From an uncultured Gammaproteobacteria bacterium (GTDB taxonomy: Bacteria; Patescibacteriota; Patescibacteriia; CAIXNZ01): a DNA stretch of 64,000 nt. How positions within the stretch are numbered: the first letter of the stretch is position 1; the number at the start of each line of letters is the position of its first letter. The stretch is taken from NCBI GenBank assembly GCA_964590345.1, contig CAZPVP010000004.1:42-64041 (forward strand). Reading direction: 5' to 3'. Shown here piece after piece: positions 9,756-17,386 of the stretch. A program made the translations under genes and the position numbers. The notes beneath the pieces were generated by a model. It saw only the letters and a list, made by a program, of their open reading frames with translations. It had not been told where the DNA came from and did no database searches.

Positions 9756-10724
9756 TTGAAAAATATGAATATTCAAGAAATTTACAATTTAGCCGTAAAG
9801 CTCGGTATTGAAAATGATTTGCGCAGCAAAAAAGCCGTTGAAAAAAATTTAAAACGCCAAAAAGAAAAATCTGAAAAATTATCAAAAGAAAAGAAAAAAG
9901 ATTTTGATAAAGAAAAATTGAATAATCCGTATTCAGACACGCGAATTTTATACGAGTCAAAAAAGAAAAAAGAAATAAAAAAGATTATGGTCGGCATAGA
10001 CATGGAAGGTTCCGAATTACTTTTAGCAGACAATTTGAACGTTGACTTGGTAATATCTCATCATCCGGAAGGAGTTGGTTTGGCTTATTTGGCCGAAGTT
10101 ATTGAAATGCAGGCTGAAGTAATGGCAATGTATGGTGTGCCTATTAACGTCGCTGAAAGCTTATTAAAACCCAGAATTTCAGAAGTTTCTCGTGGGGTTT
10201 TAAAGATTAACCACCAGCGTTCAGTTGATATGGCCAAGCTTTTGGATATTAATTTTATGTGCGCCCATACGGTCTGTGATAATATGGTTGCCAATTTTTT
10301 GAAAAAAGAATTTGATAAAAATGAGAAAAACATTGAATATGTTGAGGATGTCATGAAATTATTAAAAGCAATTCCAGAATACGCCGAAGCCACCAAATTG
10401 GGGGCCGGTCCAAGGTTATTTGCCGGCAGTGAAGAAAATCGCGCTGGTAAAATTGCTTTAACCGAAATAACTGGCGGGACAGAAGGATCACCTAAGATTT
10501 ATGAAAGATTGGCGCAGGCAGGTATTGGCACAGTAATCGGCATGCATATGTCAGAAACTCATAAAAAAGCGGCTGAAAAAGCCCATATTAATGCGGTAAT
10601 TGCTGGCCATATCTCTTCTGATTCTATTGGCGTTAATTTGTTTTTGGATCAATTAGAAAAAAAAGGAATGGAAATAATATCTTGTTCTGGTTTGATTAGG
10701 GTTTTACGTAATAGAAAAAAATAG
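9756..10724 (+). CDS. Nif3-family dinuclear metal centre protein (YqfO/YbgI-like)
   Basis: ISHHPEG, GHMSETH and AGHISSD motifs; a K/E-rich insert near the N-terminus. Confidence 0.65.
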   Translation: MKNMNIQEIYNLAVKLGIENDLRSKKAVEKNLKRQKEKSEKLSKEKKKDFDKEKLNNPYSDTRILYESKKKKEIKKIMVGIDMEGSELLLADNLNVDLVISHHPEGVGLAYLAEVIEMQAEVMAMYGVPINVAESLLKPRISEVSRGVLKINHQRSVDMAKLLDINFMCAHTVCDNMVANFLKKEFDKNEKNIEYVEDVMKLLKAIPEYAEATKLGAGPRLFAGSEENRAGKIALTEITGGTEGSPKIYERLAQAGIGTVIGMHMSETHKKAAEKAHINAVIAGHISSDSIGVNLFLDQLEKKGMEIISCSGLIRVLRNRKK

Positions 10725-10754
10725 ATTATTAATTTTATAATTTTGGAAAAACAA

Positions 10755-10780
10755 ATCACGTCGCTCGCGAGTGACGTGAT
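10755..10780. repeat. 26-bp near-palindromic element ATCACGTCGCTCGCGAGTGACGTGAT (copy 1)
   Basis: Near-identical copy at 35972-35997 (ATCATGTCGCTCACGAATGACGTGAT). Confidence 0.5.
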
Positions 10781-10785
10781 AAAAA

Positions 10786-10806
10786 AGCCCTTTTAAAGGG
10801 CTTTGA
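10786..10806. terminator. Bidirectional terminator hairpin AAGCCCTTTTAAAGGGCTT between convergent genes
   Basis: Perfect hairpin with flanking A/T runs on both strands. Confidence 0.6.
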
Positions 10807-11278
10807 TTGACTGGATGTGATTTTTAGAAATGAGATCGTTAATTATTGTTTTTACTGCCTGAGAAACAAATTTGTTTTTTTGGATCTGCTCTGGTGTTAA
10901 CCAGATTGACTGATAACTTTCATTTTTTGTCCAGCAGATATTTTTTGGTTCTTTTTCTATAAACTTTAAAGAATAAACCCTAATCGGTCTAGGACTTTTA
11001 TCAAGAAATCGGAAAAATAAGAGATCATTGACTTCAACAAAAAATCCGCTTTTTTTATAAATAAATCGCTGTAAATAATTTTTATATTTATCAGCCGTTT
11101 CGGGATCTTCTGCATTAAATTTTTTACAACTGCCGCCAGGCAGATAGATTTTACCTTGAGTATTTTTAACTAGCAGAACTCGATTATTTCCATCCCATAA
11201 AATTCCTAATAAAGTAGTTTTTTTTGCACGCTTATCACGAGTTTTTTTACCTGAGAATGAAGATAATTTCTTTGTCAT
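10793..11278 (-). CDS. Hypothetical protein (possible NUDIX-like fold); start moved to the internal ATG with a GGAGGTG RBS
   Basis: The track ORF start at 11410 overlaps the next gene. The internal ATG at 11278 is preceded by GGAGGTGAACTCAAA. Confidence 0.45.
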   Translation of the reverse strand: MTKKLSSFSGKKTRDKRAKKTTLLGILWDGNNRVLLVKNTQGKIYLPGGSCKKFNAEDPETADKYKNYLQRFIYKKSGFFVEVNDLLFFRFLDKSPRPIRVYSLKFIEKEPKNICWTKNESYQSIWLTPEQIQKNKFVSQAVKTIINDLISKNHIQSIKAL

Positions 11279-11360
11279 TTTGAGTTCACCTCCGTTATAA
11301 AAGAACTTTATTATATTATAGCATGAATTAAGTTTACGGTAATTAATAAAATTTGTCAAC

Positions 11361-12602
11361 ATGGAATTATTGGCACCAGCCGGCAATTTTGCCAAAATGA
11401 AATATGCCATTGAATATGGCGCAGATTCAGTTTATTTGGGTTTGCCCGATTTTAGCTTGCGCGCTAGGATTAATGATTTTACGCCTGGCAAACTTAAAAC
11501 TGCAATTGAGTATGCTCATAAGCGAAAGAAAAAAGTTTATGTGACAGTTAATATTTATGCCCATAACCAGCATTTGGCAAAAGTTGAAAAAGTTTTAAAG
11601 CTTTTAAACCGATTAAAGCCCGATGCCGTCATTATTTCAGATCCGGGTGTTATTGTTTTGGCTAAGAAATATTCAAAAAATATTGACTTGCATCTTTCCA
11701 CGCAAGCTAACTGCACCAATTGGCAGGCAGCTAAATTTTGGTACGGGCAAGGAATTAAACGCATAATTTTAGCCCGAGAATTAAGTTTAAAAGAAATAGC
11801 CGAAACACATAAAAAAGTGCCGAAGCTGGAATTGGAATGCTTTATTCACGGAGCGATGTGTGTTTCTTATTCTGGTCGCTGTTTGCTTTCAGCTTGGTTT
11901 AATCAAAGAAGCGCTAATTTAGGATATTGTTCTCATCCCTGCCGTTGGGATTATAATATGTATATAGAAGAACAGCAGCGTCCCGGTGTTTATGTGCCGA
12001 TTGAAGAAGACCAGCACGGCACTTATATTTTAAGCTCAAAAGATTTGTGTATGTTAAAGTATTTGGATAAATTAGCAAAAGCAGGCGTTAAACATTTTAA
12101 AATTGAAGGCAGGACAAAAAGTATCAGTTATTTGGCGAATGTGGTTAAGATTTATCGTGAGGCAATTGATCTTACGAAATTACGAATCAGTACGAATATA
12201 CGAAAGGCTAAAATAAATAAGCTTTACAAAGAATTACATAAGATTTCTAATCGCGAGTTTACCACGGGCTTTTTCTTTGGCGGGGAAAAAATTCCAATGC
12301 AAAAGTATGACGCACCTTATGTTAGACCTGATTTAGAATTTTGCGGAGAAGTTTTAGAAAGTAAAAAAATAAAAGATACTTGGCAATATAAAATTAAAGT
12401 TCATAATGTTTTAAAAATGGGAGAGCGGGTTGAAGTAATCGTGCCGCAGGGCGAGAATTTTAAAATTAAACTGCCAGAGCTTTACGATTTGGATAAAAAG
12501 GAATATGTAACCGAAGTTCATGGTGGACAAGATAAAGCAGTTTTGATAAATTTAGATAAAGAGATGCCTTTAATGAGTATTTTAAGGAAAAAGAAAAAGT
12601 GA
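11361..12602 (+). CDS. Peptidase U32 family protein (YhbU/PrtC/TrhP-like)
   Basis: U32 signature region ECFIHGAMCVSYSGRCLLS and the Cys-rich HPCRW segment. Confidence 0.7.
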   Translation: MELLAPAGNFAKMKYAIEYGADSVYLGLPDFSLRARINDFTPGKLKTAIEYAHKRKKKVYVTVNIYAHNQHLAKVEKVLKLLNRLKPDAVIISDPGVIVLAKKYSKNIDLHLSTQANCTNWQAAKFWYGQGIKRIILARELSLKEIAETHKKVPKLELECFIHGAMCVSYSGRCLLSAWFNQRSANLGYCSHPCRWDYNMYIEEQQRPGVYVPIEEDQHGTYILSSKDLCMLKYLDKLAKAGVKHFKIEGRTKSISYLANVVKIYREAIDLTKLRISTNIRKAKINKLYKELHKISNREFTTGFFFGGEKIPMQKYDAPYVRPDLEFCGEVLESKKIKDTWQYKIKVHNVLKMGERVEVIVPQGENFKIKLPELYDLDKKEYVTEVHGGQDKAVLINLDKEMPLMSILRKKKK

Positions 12603-12633
12603 GGTTATTATCGGCCGCTTTTTTGATCCGCCA

Positions 12634-12813
12634 ACGGCGTGATAGCAGCCGTACGACGGCTAAAGCCGTCGATAATATTTAAGGAACAAGTAGTGTTTTT
12701 TTTAATTTTTTAATAAAGAGAGGGCGAAAACGCCCTGAACGCATGGACAGACTTTAGTCTGTTATATAACACTCTAAAGAGTGTCCTCCCAAGCGGGCGT
12801 TTTCGCCCAAGAA
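12634..12813 (+). ncRNA. GC-rich multi-hairpin element upstream of ruvA (structured 5' leader, terminator cluster or REP-like)
   Basis: Overlapping ACGGC/GCCGT hairpins at 12634-12670. Hairpins GGGCGAAAACGCCC (12722-12735), GACAGACTTTAGTCTGT (12746-12762), ACACTCTAAAGAGTGT (12769-12784) and GGGCGTTTTCGCCC (12795-12808). Confidence 0.4.
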
Positions 12814-12818
12814 AAATT

Positions 12819-13394
12819 ATGATTTCATATTTAAAAGGAAAAATTTCATATATCGGGGATAATGATATTGAAGTTATAGTCCAGGATGTTGGTTATAAAG
12901 TTTTTGTAGCTGGCGAGCTTTTTAGTAAAGTAAAAGTTGGACAGGAAGTAGAAGTCTTTTGTTTTCAAAATGTTAAAGAGGATGCTTTGGATCTTTATGG
13001 TTTTGAATCTCGTGACAAATTATACTTATTTGAAAAATTAGTTAGTGTTTCTGGTATTGGGCCAAAAACTGGCTTGGCTGTTTTAGCTTTGGCAACAGTT
13101 AAGGAAATTGAATCAGCTATAATTCGCGGGGATGCTTCAATTTTGACCAAAGTTTCCGGCATTGGTAAAAAAACAGCGGAACGGATTGTTTTAGAATTAA
13201 AAAATAAATTTAAGAAAGGCGCAGAATTGGTTGGCGAACCAAGTACACAATCCCAGGACGTTGACGTAATTGATGGTTTGGTTGGTTTGGGTTATACAGT
13301 TGAAGATGCGAGGCAGGCTTTGAGGCAAATTGATAAAAAAATTGAAGGGAGTGAGGAGAAGATTAAGGCATGTTTGAAGATATTAGGAAAATGA
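12819..13394 (+). CDS. ruvA: Holliday junction branch-migration protein RuvA
   Basis: N-terminal OB-fold domain, tandem HhH (GIGPKTG, GIGKKTAERI), C-terminal domain III. Confidence 0.85.
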   Translation: MISYLKGKISYIGDNDIEVIVQDVGYKVFVAGELFSKVKVGQEVEVFCFQNVKEDALDLYGFESRDKLYLFEKLVSVSGIGPKTGLAVLALATVKEIESAIIRGDASILTKVSGIGKKTAERIVLELKNKFKKGAELVGEPSTQSQDVDVIDGLVGLGYTVEDARQALRQIDKKIEGSEEKIKACLKILGK

Positions 13395-13484
13395 TACTAA
13401 TATACAAATTAATTACAAATAATTACAAATTTTTAAGTAATTTATTTATAGCAATTTGTATAATATTCGTAAATTTGTATCACT

Positions 13485-14399
13485 ATGGAAATAAAAGAAA
13501 TCACAAATAAAGAACAGTGGGATGAAAAGATTGGCTCTTTTAAGCAGAGCCAGTTTTTACAATCTTGGGAGTGGGGTGAATTTCAGGAAAATTTAGGCAG
13601 AAAAGTTTGGCGTCTATATTTAGATGGGGATTTTGCTTTAGTTATTAAAATGCCCTTGCCCATGAATAAAAGCTATTTATATATCCCCCGGACATGTGTG
13701 ACCTTTAATGAGGCAAAAATTAAAATTTTGCGCGAGTTAGCTAAACAAGAAAAAAGCATTTTTATAAAAATTGAACCTATTAAGCAAAACTTGTTGGATT
13801 TTGGCCTTAAAAAGGTTAAGTCGTTTCAGCCGCAAAAAACATTAATTTTAGATTTAAGTAAAAGTGAGGAAGAGTTATTGATGGCCATGCATCAGAAAAC
13901 CCGCTATAATATTCGTTTAGCAGATAAAAAAGGCGTTAAGATTAAAGAAGGCAGGAAAAATGATTTTGATGTTTTCTATAATTTAATGTTAAATACTTAT
14001 CAGCGTAAAAATAAAAAACTTTTTTCCAAAGAATATTATCAGAAATTAATCAATAATATCTCTGAAGCAAAAATTTATTTAGCAGAATTTGAAGAAAAAG
14101 TTATTTGTGCGAATTTAATTATGTTTTATGGCGATACAGTTACTTATTTACATGGCGGTTCAGCGCAAGAACATAAAAATGTTATGGCACCGTATTTATT
14201 GCAATGGGAAACAATAAAAAAAGCCAAAGAACTTGGCTATAAATATTATGATTTTTGGGGAATTGAAGAACATTATCTCGGAGTTGCCCGTTTTAAAAAG
14301 GGTTTTGGCGGGATTGAGATTGAATACCCGGGCACATTTGATTTAGTGATGGATAAATTATGGTATTGGGCTTATCAAGTGGTTAAAAAGTTCAAATAA
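13485..14399 (+). CDS. FemAB-family aminoacyltransferase-like protein (GNAT-like fold)
   Basis: Size and WEWGEF / TYLHGGS / YYDFWG segments resemble FemX/FemAB peptidoglycan bridge-forming enzymes; assignment is moderate. Confidence 0.4.
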   Translation: MEIKEITNKEQWDEKIGSFKQSQFLQSWEWGEFQENLGRKVWRLYLDGDFALVIKMPLPMNKSYLYIPRTCVTFNEAKIKILRELAKQEKSIFIKIEPIKQNLLDFGLKKVKSFQPQKTLILDLSKSEEELLMAMHQKTRYNIRLADKKGVKIKEGRKNDFDVFYNLMLNTYQRKNKKLFSKEYYQKLINNISEAKIYLAEFEEKVICANLIMFYGDTVTYLHGGSAQEHKNVMAPYLLQWETIKKAKELGYKYYDFWGIEEHYLGVARFKKGFGGIEIEYPGTFDLVMDKLWYWAYQVVKKFK

Positions 14400-14427
14400 A
14401 AAATTGGTTTTTTGAGGAGTTCACTCT

Positions 14428-14502
14428 TTAGAGTTTTAAATTAAAAGACTGAAGTCTGAATTTTATTGAGAAAACCAATTTTTTGTTAATTTTAGGTAAA
14501 AT
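14428..14502 (+). repeat. Repeated intergenic element, copy B (palindrome ACTCTTTAGAGT ... GTCTGAATT ... CCAATTTTTT); copy A at 3886-3940
   Basis: About 60-nt alignable homology with 3886-3940, including the 12-bp perfect palindrome. Confidence 0.5.
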
Positions 14503-14515
14503 TTACCAAATACTG

Positions 14516-14544
14516 TTGACAAAACAACAAAGATGTGCTATAAT
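14516..14544 (+). promoter_or_regulatory. Sigma70 consensus-like promoter TTGACA-17-TATAAT for the DGR target gene
   Basis: TTGACAaaacaacaaagatgtgcTATAAT, 80 nt upstream of the ATG; RBS GGAGAA. Confidence 0.55.
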
Positions 14545-14624
14545 TTCATATATAATAACGCGTAACTTGTCAACCAAATAACCAAATTTTCAGAATCCCC
14601 TAATGGGAGAAAGGAGAACTGGCG

Positions 14625-15401
14625 ATGAAAAAGAAAGTCGTCATTAGCCAGTCGACAGTGTCGGCCGGGCAACTCAAAGATCTGTTCCGCATGATTGATG
14701 ACGGAACGATCGGCAACGAAGAAATGGGTGCGTTTTTAGCCAGTCCGCGAAAGTTTTCCCAAGGCGGACTAACCACTATCCGGGCCATTAATATACTTGG
14801 CCAAGGCAAAGTCATCACGAACGAACAAGCAGCCAAAGCCTGGAGTGAGGGCGCGGTAAAAAGCGTGGCCATCCGCTACAGCGAAACAACTCTGCGCATA
14901 TGTGCGGAGCAGAACCAAAGCGGCCAGGCGGATTGGCGCTTGGTTTACTGCCACGGGTTTTCTCTGCGCGAACAGCGCGACAAGCGGAGAACAGACCAGA
15001 GCAACCAGCCGTGTTTTTACGGCAATGACTGGTGGCTCAACTCCGTTGAAGACAAGTGGGCGACATACAAACCTCAAGCCGGCTACTATCTCATCAATTT
15101 TTGTGGCCAGTTTGCTAACATGAACTGGAAAACGCAGGAAGCAGAGATCGCCAAACTCGGCAAGGACTATGAACGTTGCCATGAGGCAGTTTTCAGCGAA
15201 GCCATTTTGACCATTTACATGGTTAACAATGGCGAGCGAATTGCCGAGAACTGGTGGCACTGGGGCGTTTCGCTGGCTTCCAATGGCTTCCGAGTCTTTG
15301 TCGGCTATCTCAATTCTAATGGTCTCGATGTCTACTACCACTGGCTTGACTACTCCCTTCACGTCCTGCGCGTCTGCGTTTTTCGGAAGTTTGAAAATTG
15401 A
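14625..15401 (+). CDS. DGR variable (target) protein with the VR at its C-terminus; GC-rich (about 52%); no signal peptide
   Basis: The 3' 121 nt form the VR matching the TR at 15781-15901. The C-terminal WWHWG...LRVCVFR resembles the C-type-lectin/FGE-like fold ends of DGR targets. Confidence 0.75.
   Translation: MKKKVVISQSTVSAGQLKDLFRMIDDGTIGNEEMGAFLASPRKFSQGGLTTIRAINILGQGKVITNEQAAKAWSEGAVKSVAIRYSETTLRICAEQNQSGQADWRLVYCHGFSLREQRDKRRTDQSNQPCFYGNDWWLNSVEDKWATYKPQAGYYLINFCGQFANMNWKTQEAEIAKLGKDYERCHEAVFSEAILTIYMVNNGERIAENWWHWGVSLASNGFRVFVGYLNSNGLDVYYHWLDYSLHVLRVCVFRKFEN
15268..15388 (+). repeat. DGR variable repeat (VR)
   Basis: 121-nt alignment with the TR; 19 mismatches, 18 of them opposite TR adenines; 3' 27 nt (CCTGCGCGTCTGCGTTTTTCGGAA) identical (IMH-like). 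Confidence 0.85.
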
Positions 15402-15449
15402 CCATTGAACTCTTGACCTTTTTGAATTTTTAAACTTTGAATCTTTGTC

Positions 15450-15492
15450 CCTGTTAGATGAAAAATATCTGGCGGGGACTTTTTTATTTTAG
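15450..15492 (+). terminator. GC-stem hairpin plus T-run downstream of the VR (terminator or DGR target-recognition hairpin)
   Basis: GTCCC...(26 nt)...GGGAC followed by TTTTTTATTTT. Confidence 0.4.
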
Positions 15493-15780
15493 CAATTTGA
15501 GTTATAATAAAGCTGGACTGCTTGGCTAATGCAGGTTGGGTTACGGCTTAATCTCGCCAAGCCCCTATCTTTAGGGATTGCCAGAGTATCGTATCTTTAC
15601 GGAGTGCGATAGAGTGCAATTAAGGATAGAAAAAGAACTTCTTGCCCGGTTCTGGCGGAGGCATTTTAAATTAATTTTTAGGATTTGCTCTCAAATAAAA
15701 TACAGAAAGAAGAAAATATAAATCACTTAGAGTGATAGTAAATTTCAACTTTCAGTGATCAATGATGGAACTGGGCAAAT

Positions 15781-15901
15781 TTTCGCTGGCTTCCAATGGC
15801 AACCGAGTCAATGTCGGCAATCTCAATACTAATGGTCTCAATGTCAACAATAACTGGAATGACAACTCCAATCAAAACCTGCGCGTCTGCGTTTTTCGGA
15901 A
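15781..15901 (+). repeat. DGR template repeat (TR)
   Basis: Same frame as the VR but with 13 AAC/AAT (Asn) codons where the VR encodes F, Y, H, L, D or V; noncoding context between the target gene and avd. Confidence 0.85.
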
Positions 15902-15919
15902 CTTCTTTTTCTCGCCAGT

Positions 15920-16303
15920 CTAAATACCTTCGCCGTTTGCGGAGGTGTTTTCTTTGAGATTTTTAACAGACTTAATCCAGCCGCCCAGCATTCTGCCAAT
16001 TTCATCAATGATCATTTGCAGATTGACATACTTTTTGTTATCAATGGTCTTGACCTCTTTTGCCACCCTTAAAAAAACTCTTAATATGTTTAGTTGGCGA
16101 CTTAACTTTTCCATTTCTAGGAGTTTTTGTCTTTTGGGTAATTGCGCGGCTAAAAGCAGGCAATCAAGCATATCAATTACTGAATTTTCACACTTTTGCC
16201 AGAGGGTAAAGCGATCTTGCTTGGGAATTGATCTGCGGTAAAGATGCAAGACTTTATAAAGATCCACGATTTTTTGATAAATTGGCGCTTCTAAGATTTC
16301 CAT
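15920..16303 (-). CDS. avd: DGR accessory variability determinant (Avd), four-helix-bundle protein
   Basis: 127 aa; C-terminal EIGRMLGGWIKSV matches the bAvd EVGRILGSWIARV motif; TIGR02436 / 23S-rRNA-IVS-protein-like helices. Confidence 0.7.
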   Translation of the reverse strand: MEILEAPIYQKIVDLYKVLHLYRRSIPKQDRFTLWQKCENSVIDMLDCLLLAAQLPKRQKLLEMEKLSRQLNILRVFLRVAKEVKTIDNKKYVNLQMIIDEIGRMLGGWIKSVKNLKENTSANGEGI

Positions 16304-17386
16304 ATGAAGGTTTATTATGACTTATTTAATAAAATAATTTCCTTAGAAAATCTTTTTTCTGCCTGGGAGGAATTCAAGAAAGATAAAAGAAAAAAGAAAG
16401 ATGTTTTGTTTTTTGAGTGGAATTTGGAGCGTAACATTTTTAAACTGCGTGAGGAATTAGCATTAAAAATTTATAAGCATAGCCCTTATAGTTCATTTTA
16501 CATTAATGATCCCAAACAAAGGCATATTTACAAAGCAGAAGTCAGGGATAGAGTTTTGCATCATGCAATTTTTTCTGTTCTAAATCCGGTTTTTGAAGCA
16601 ACTTTTATCCCGAATTCCTTCTCTTGCCGTATTGGTAGGGGTACGCATAAAGGAGTGGAAGCTTTAGCTAAAATACTGTGCCAAGTCAGCGGCAACGGAC
16701 ATAATCCATGCTTTGCCCTGAAATGCGATATTAAAAAGTTTTTTGATACAGTGAATCATAAAATTTTACTGGAAATCATTGACCGTAAAATTAAAGACAA
16801 TAATGCAATTTGGCTGTTAAAAGAAATTATTGAAAGCTATTACACTAATTATTCCACTTTATTCAATAAGCGTGGTATTCCTATTGGTAATTTGACCTCT
16901 CAACTATTTGCCAATCTTTACCTTAACGAGCTTGACCAATATGTGAAGCACGATTTAAAAGTAAAATTTTATGTCCGCTACACTGATGATTTTGTCATAG
17001 TTGCGGACCACGAATCTTATTTGAAGAATATAATTTTGTTGATTAAAAAATTTTTAAATGATAACCTTGATTTAAATTTACATCCGAATAAAATAAGCAT
17101 CCGCAAATTTTCGCAGGGCATTGATTTTTTAGGCTATATTTTAAGACCGCATCACCGGCTGATCAGAACTAAAACAAAAAAGCGAATTTTCAAGAAAATC
17201 CGTTTGAGAATTATGGAATACAGAAGGGGAATAGTCAGAGAAGAAAAATTAGAACAATCATTACATTCTTATCTTGGAGTGCTCTCGCATGCTACCGCTC
17301 ATAATTTAAGCGAAAGATTAAAAAATGAATTTTTTTTATTCCTCTTGAACCAAACCTTTGCCTTTGGCCAGAGGATCATTATCTAA
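16304..17386 (+). CDS. DGR reverse transcriptase
   Basis: RT motifs 1-7 present. Motif 4 reads GIPIGNLTSQLFANLYLNELD, the DGR-specific IGxxxSQ in place of the QGxxxSP of group II intron RTs. Motif 5 is YVRYTDDFVIV; motif 3 is KCDIKKFFDTVNH. Confidence 0.85.
   Translation: MKVYYDLFNKIISLENLFSAWEEFKKDKRKKKDVLFFEWNLERNIFKLREELALKIYKHSPYSSFYINDPKQRHIYKAEVRDRVLHHAIFSVLNPVFEATFIPNSFSCRIGRGTHKGVEALAKILCQVSGNGHNPCFALKCDIKKFFDTVNHKILLEIIDRKIKDNNAIWLLKEIIESYYTNYSTLFNKRGIPIGNLTSQLFANLYLNELDQYVKHDLKVKFYVRYTDDFVIVADHESYLKNIILLIKKFLNDNLDLNLHPNKISIRKFSQGIDFLGYILRPHHRLIRTKTKKRIFKKIRLRIMEYRRGIVREEKLEQSLHSYLGVLSHATAHNLSERLKNEFFLFLLNQTFAFGQRIII

Noticed and set aside
9751-10396. Minus-strand ORFs inside the Nif3 gene (9751-9960, 9782-10033, 10085-10396)
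   Set aside because: These are antisense to a well-supported Nif3-family CDS, and their K/F-rich low-complexity translations derive from an AT-rich template.
14600-15362. ORFs 14600-14872(-), 14769-15362(-) and 14902-15123(+)
   Set aside because: These are shadow ORFs in the GC-rich DGR target gene. The + frame at 14625-15401 is supported by the VR/TR relationship and the promoter.
15945-16241. + strand ORF of 98 aa antisense to avd
   Set aside because: The minus-strand frame gives a clear Avd-like protein (EIGRMLGGWIKSV); the + frame has no similarity to anything.
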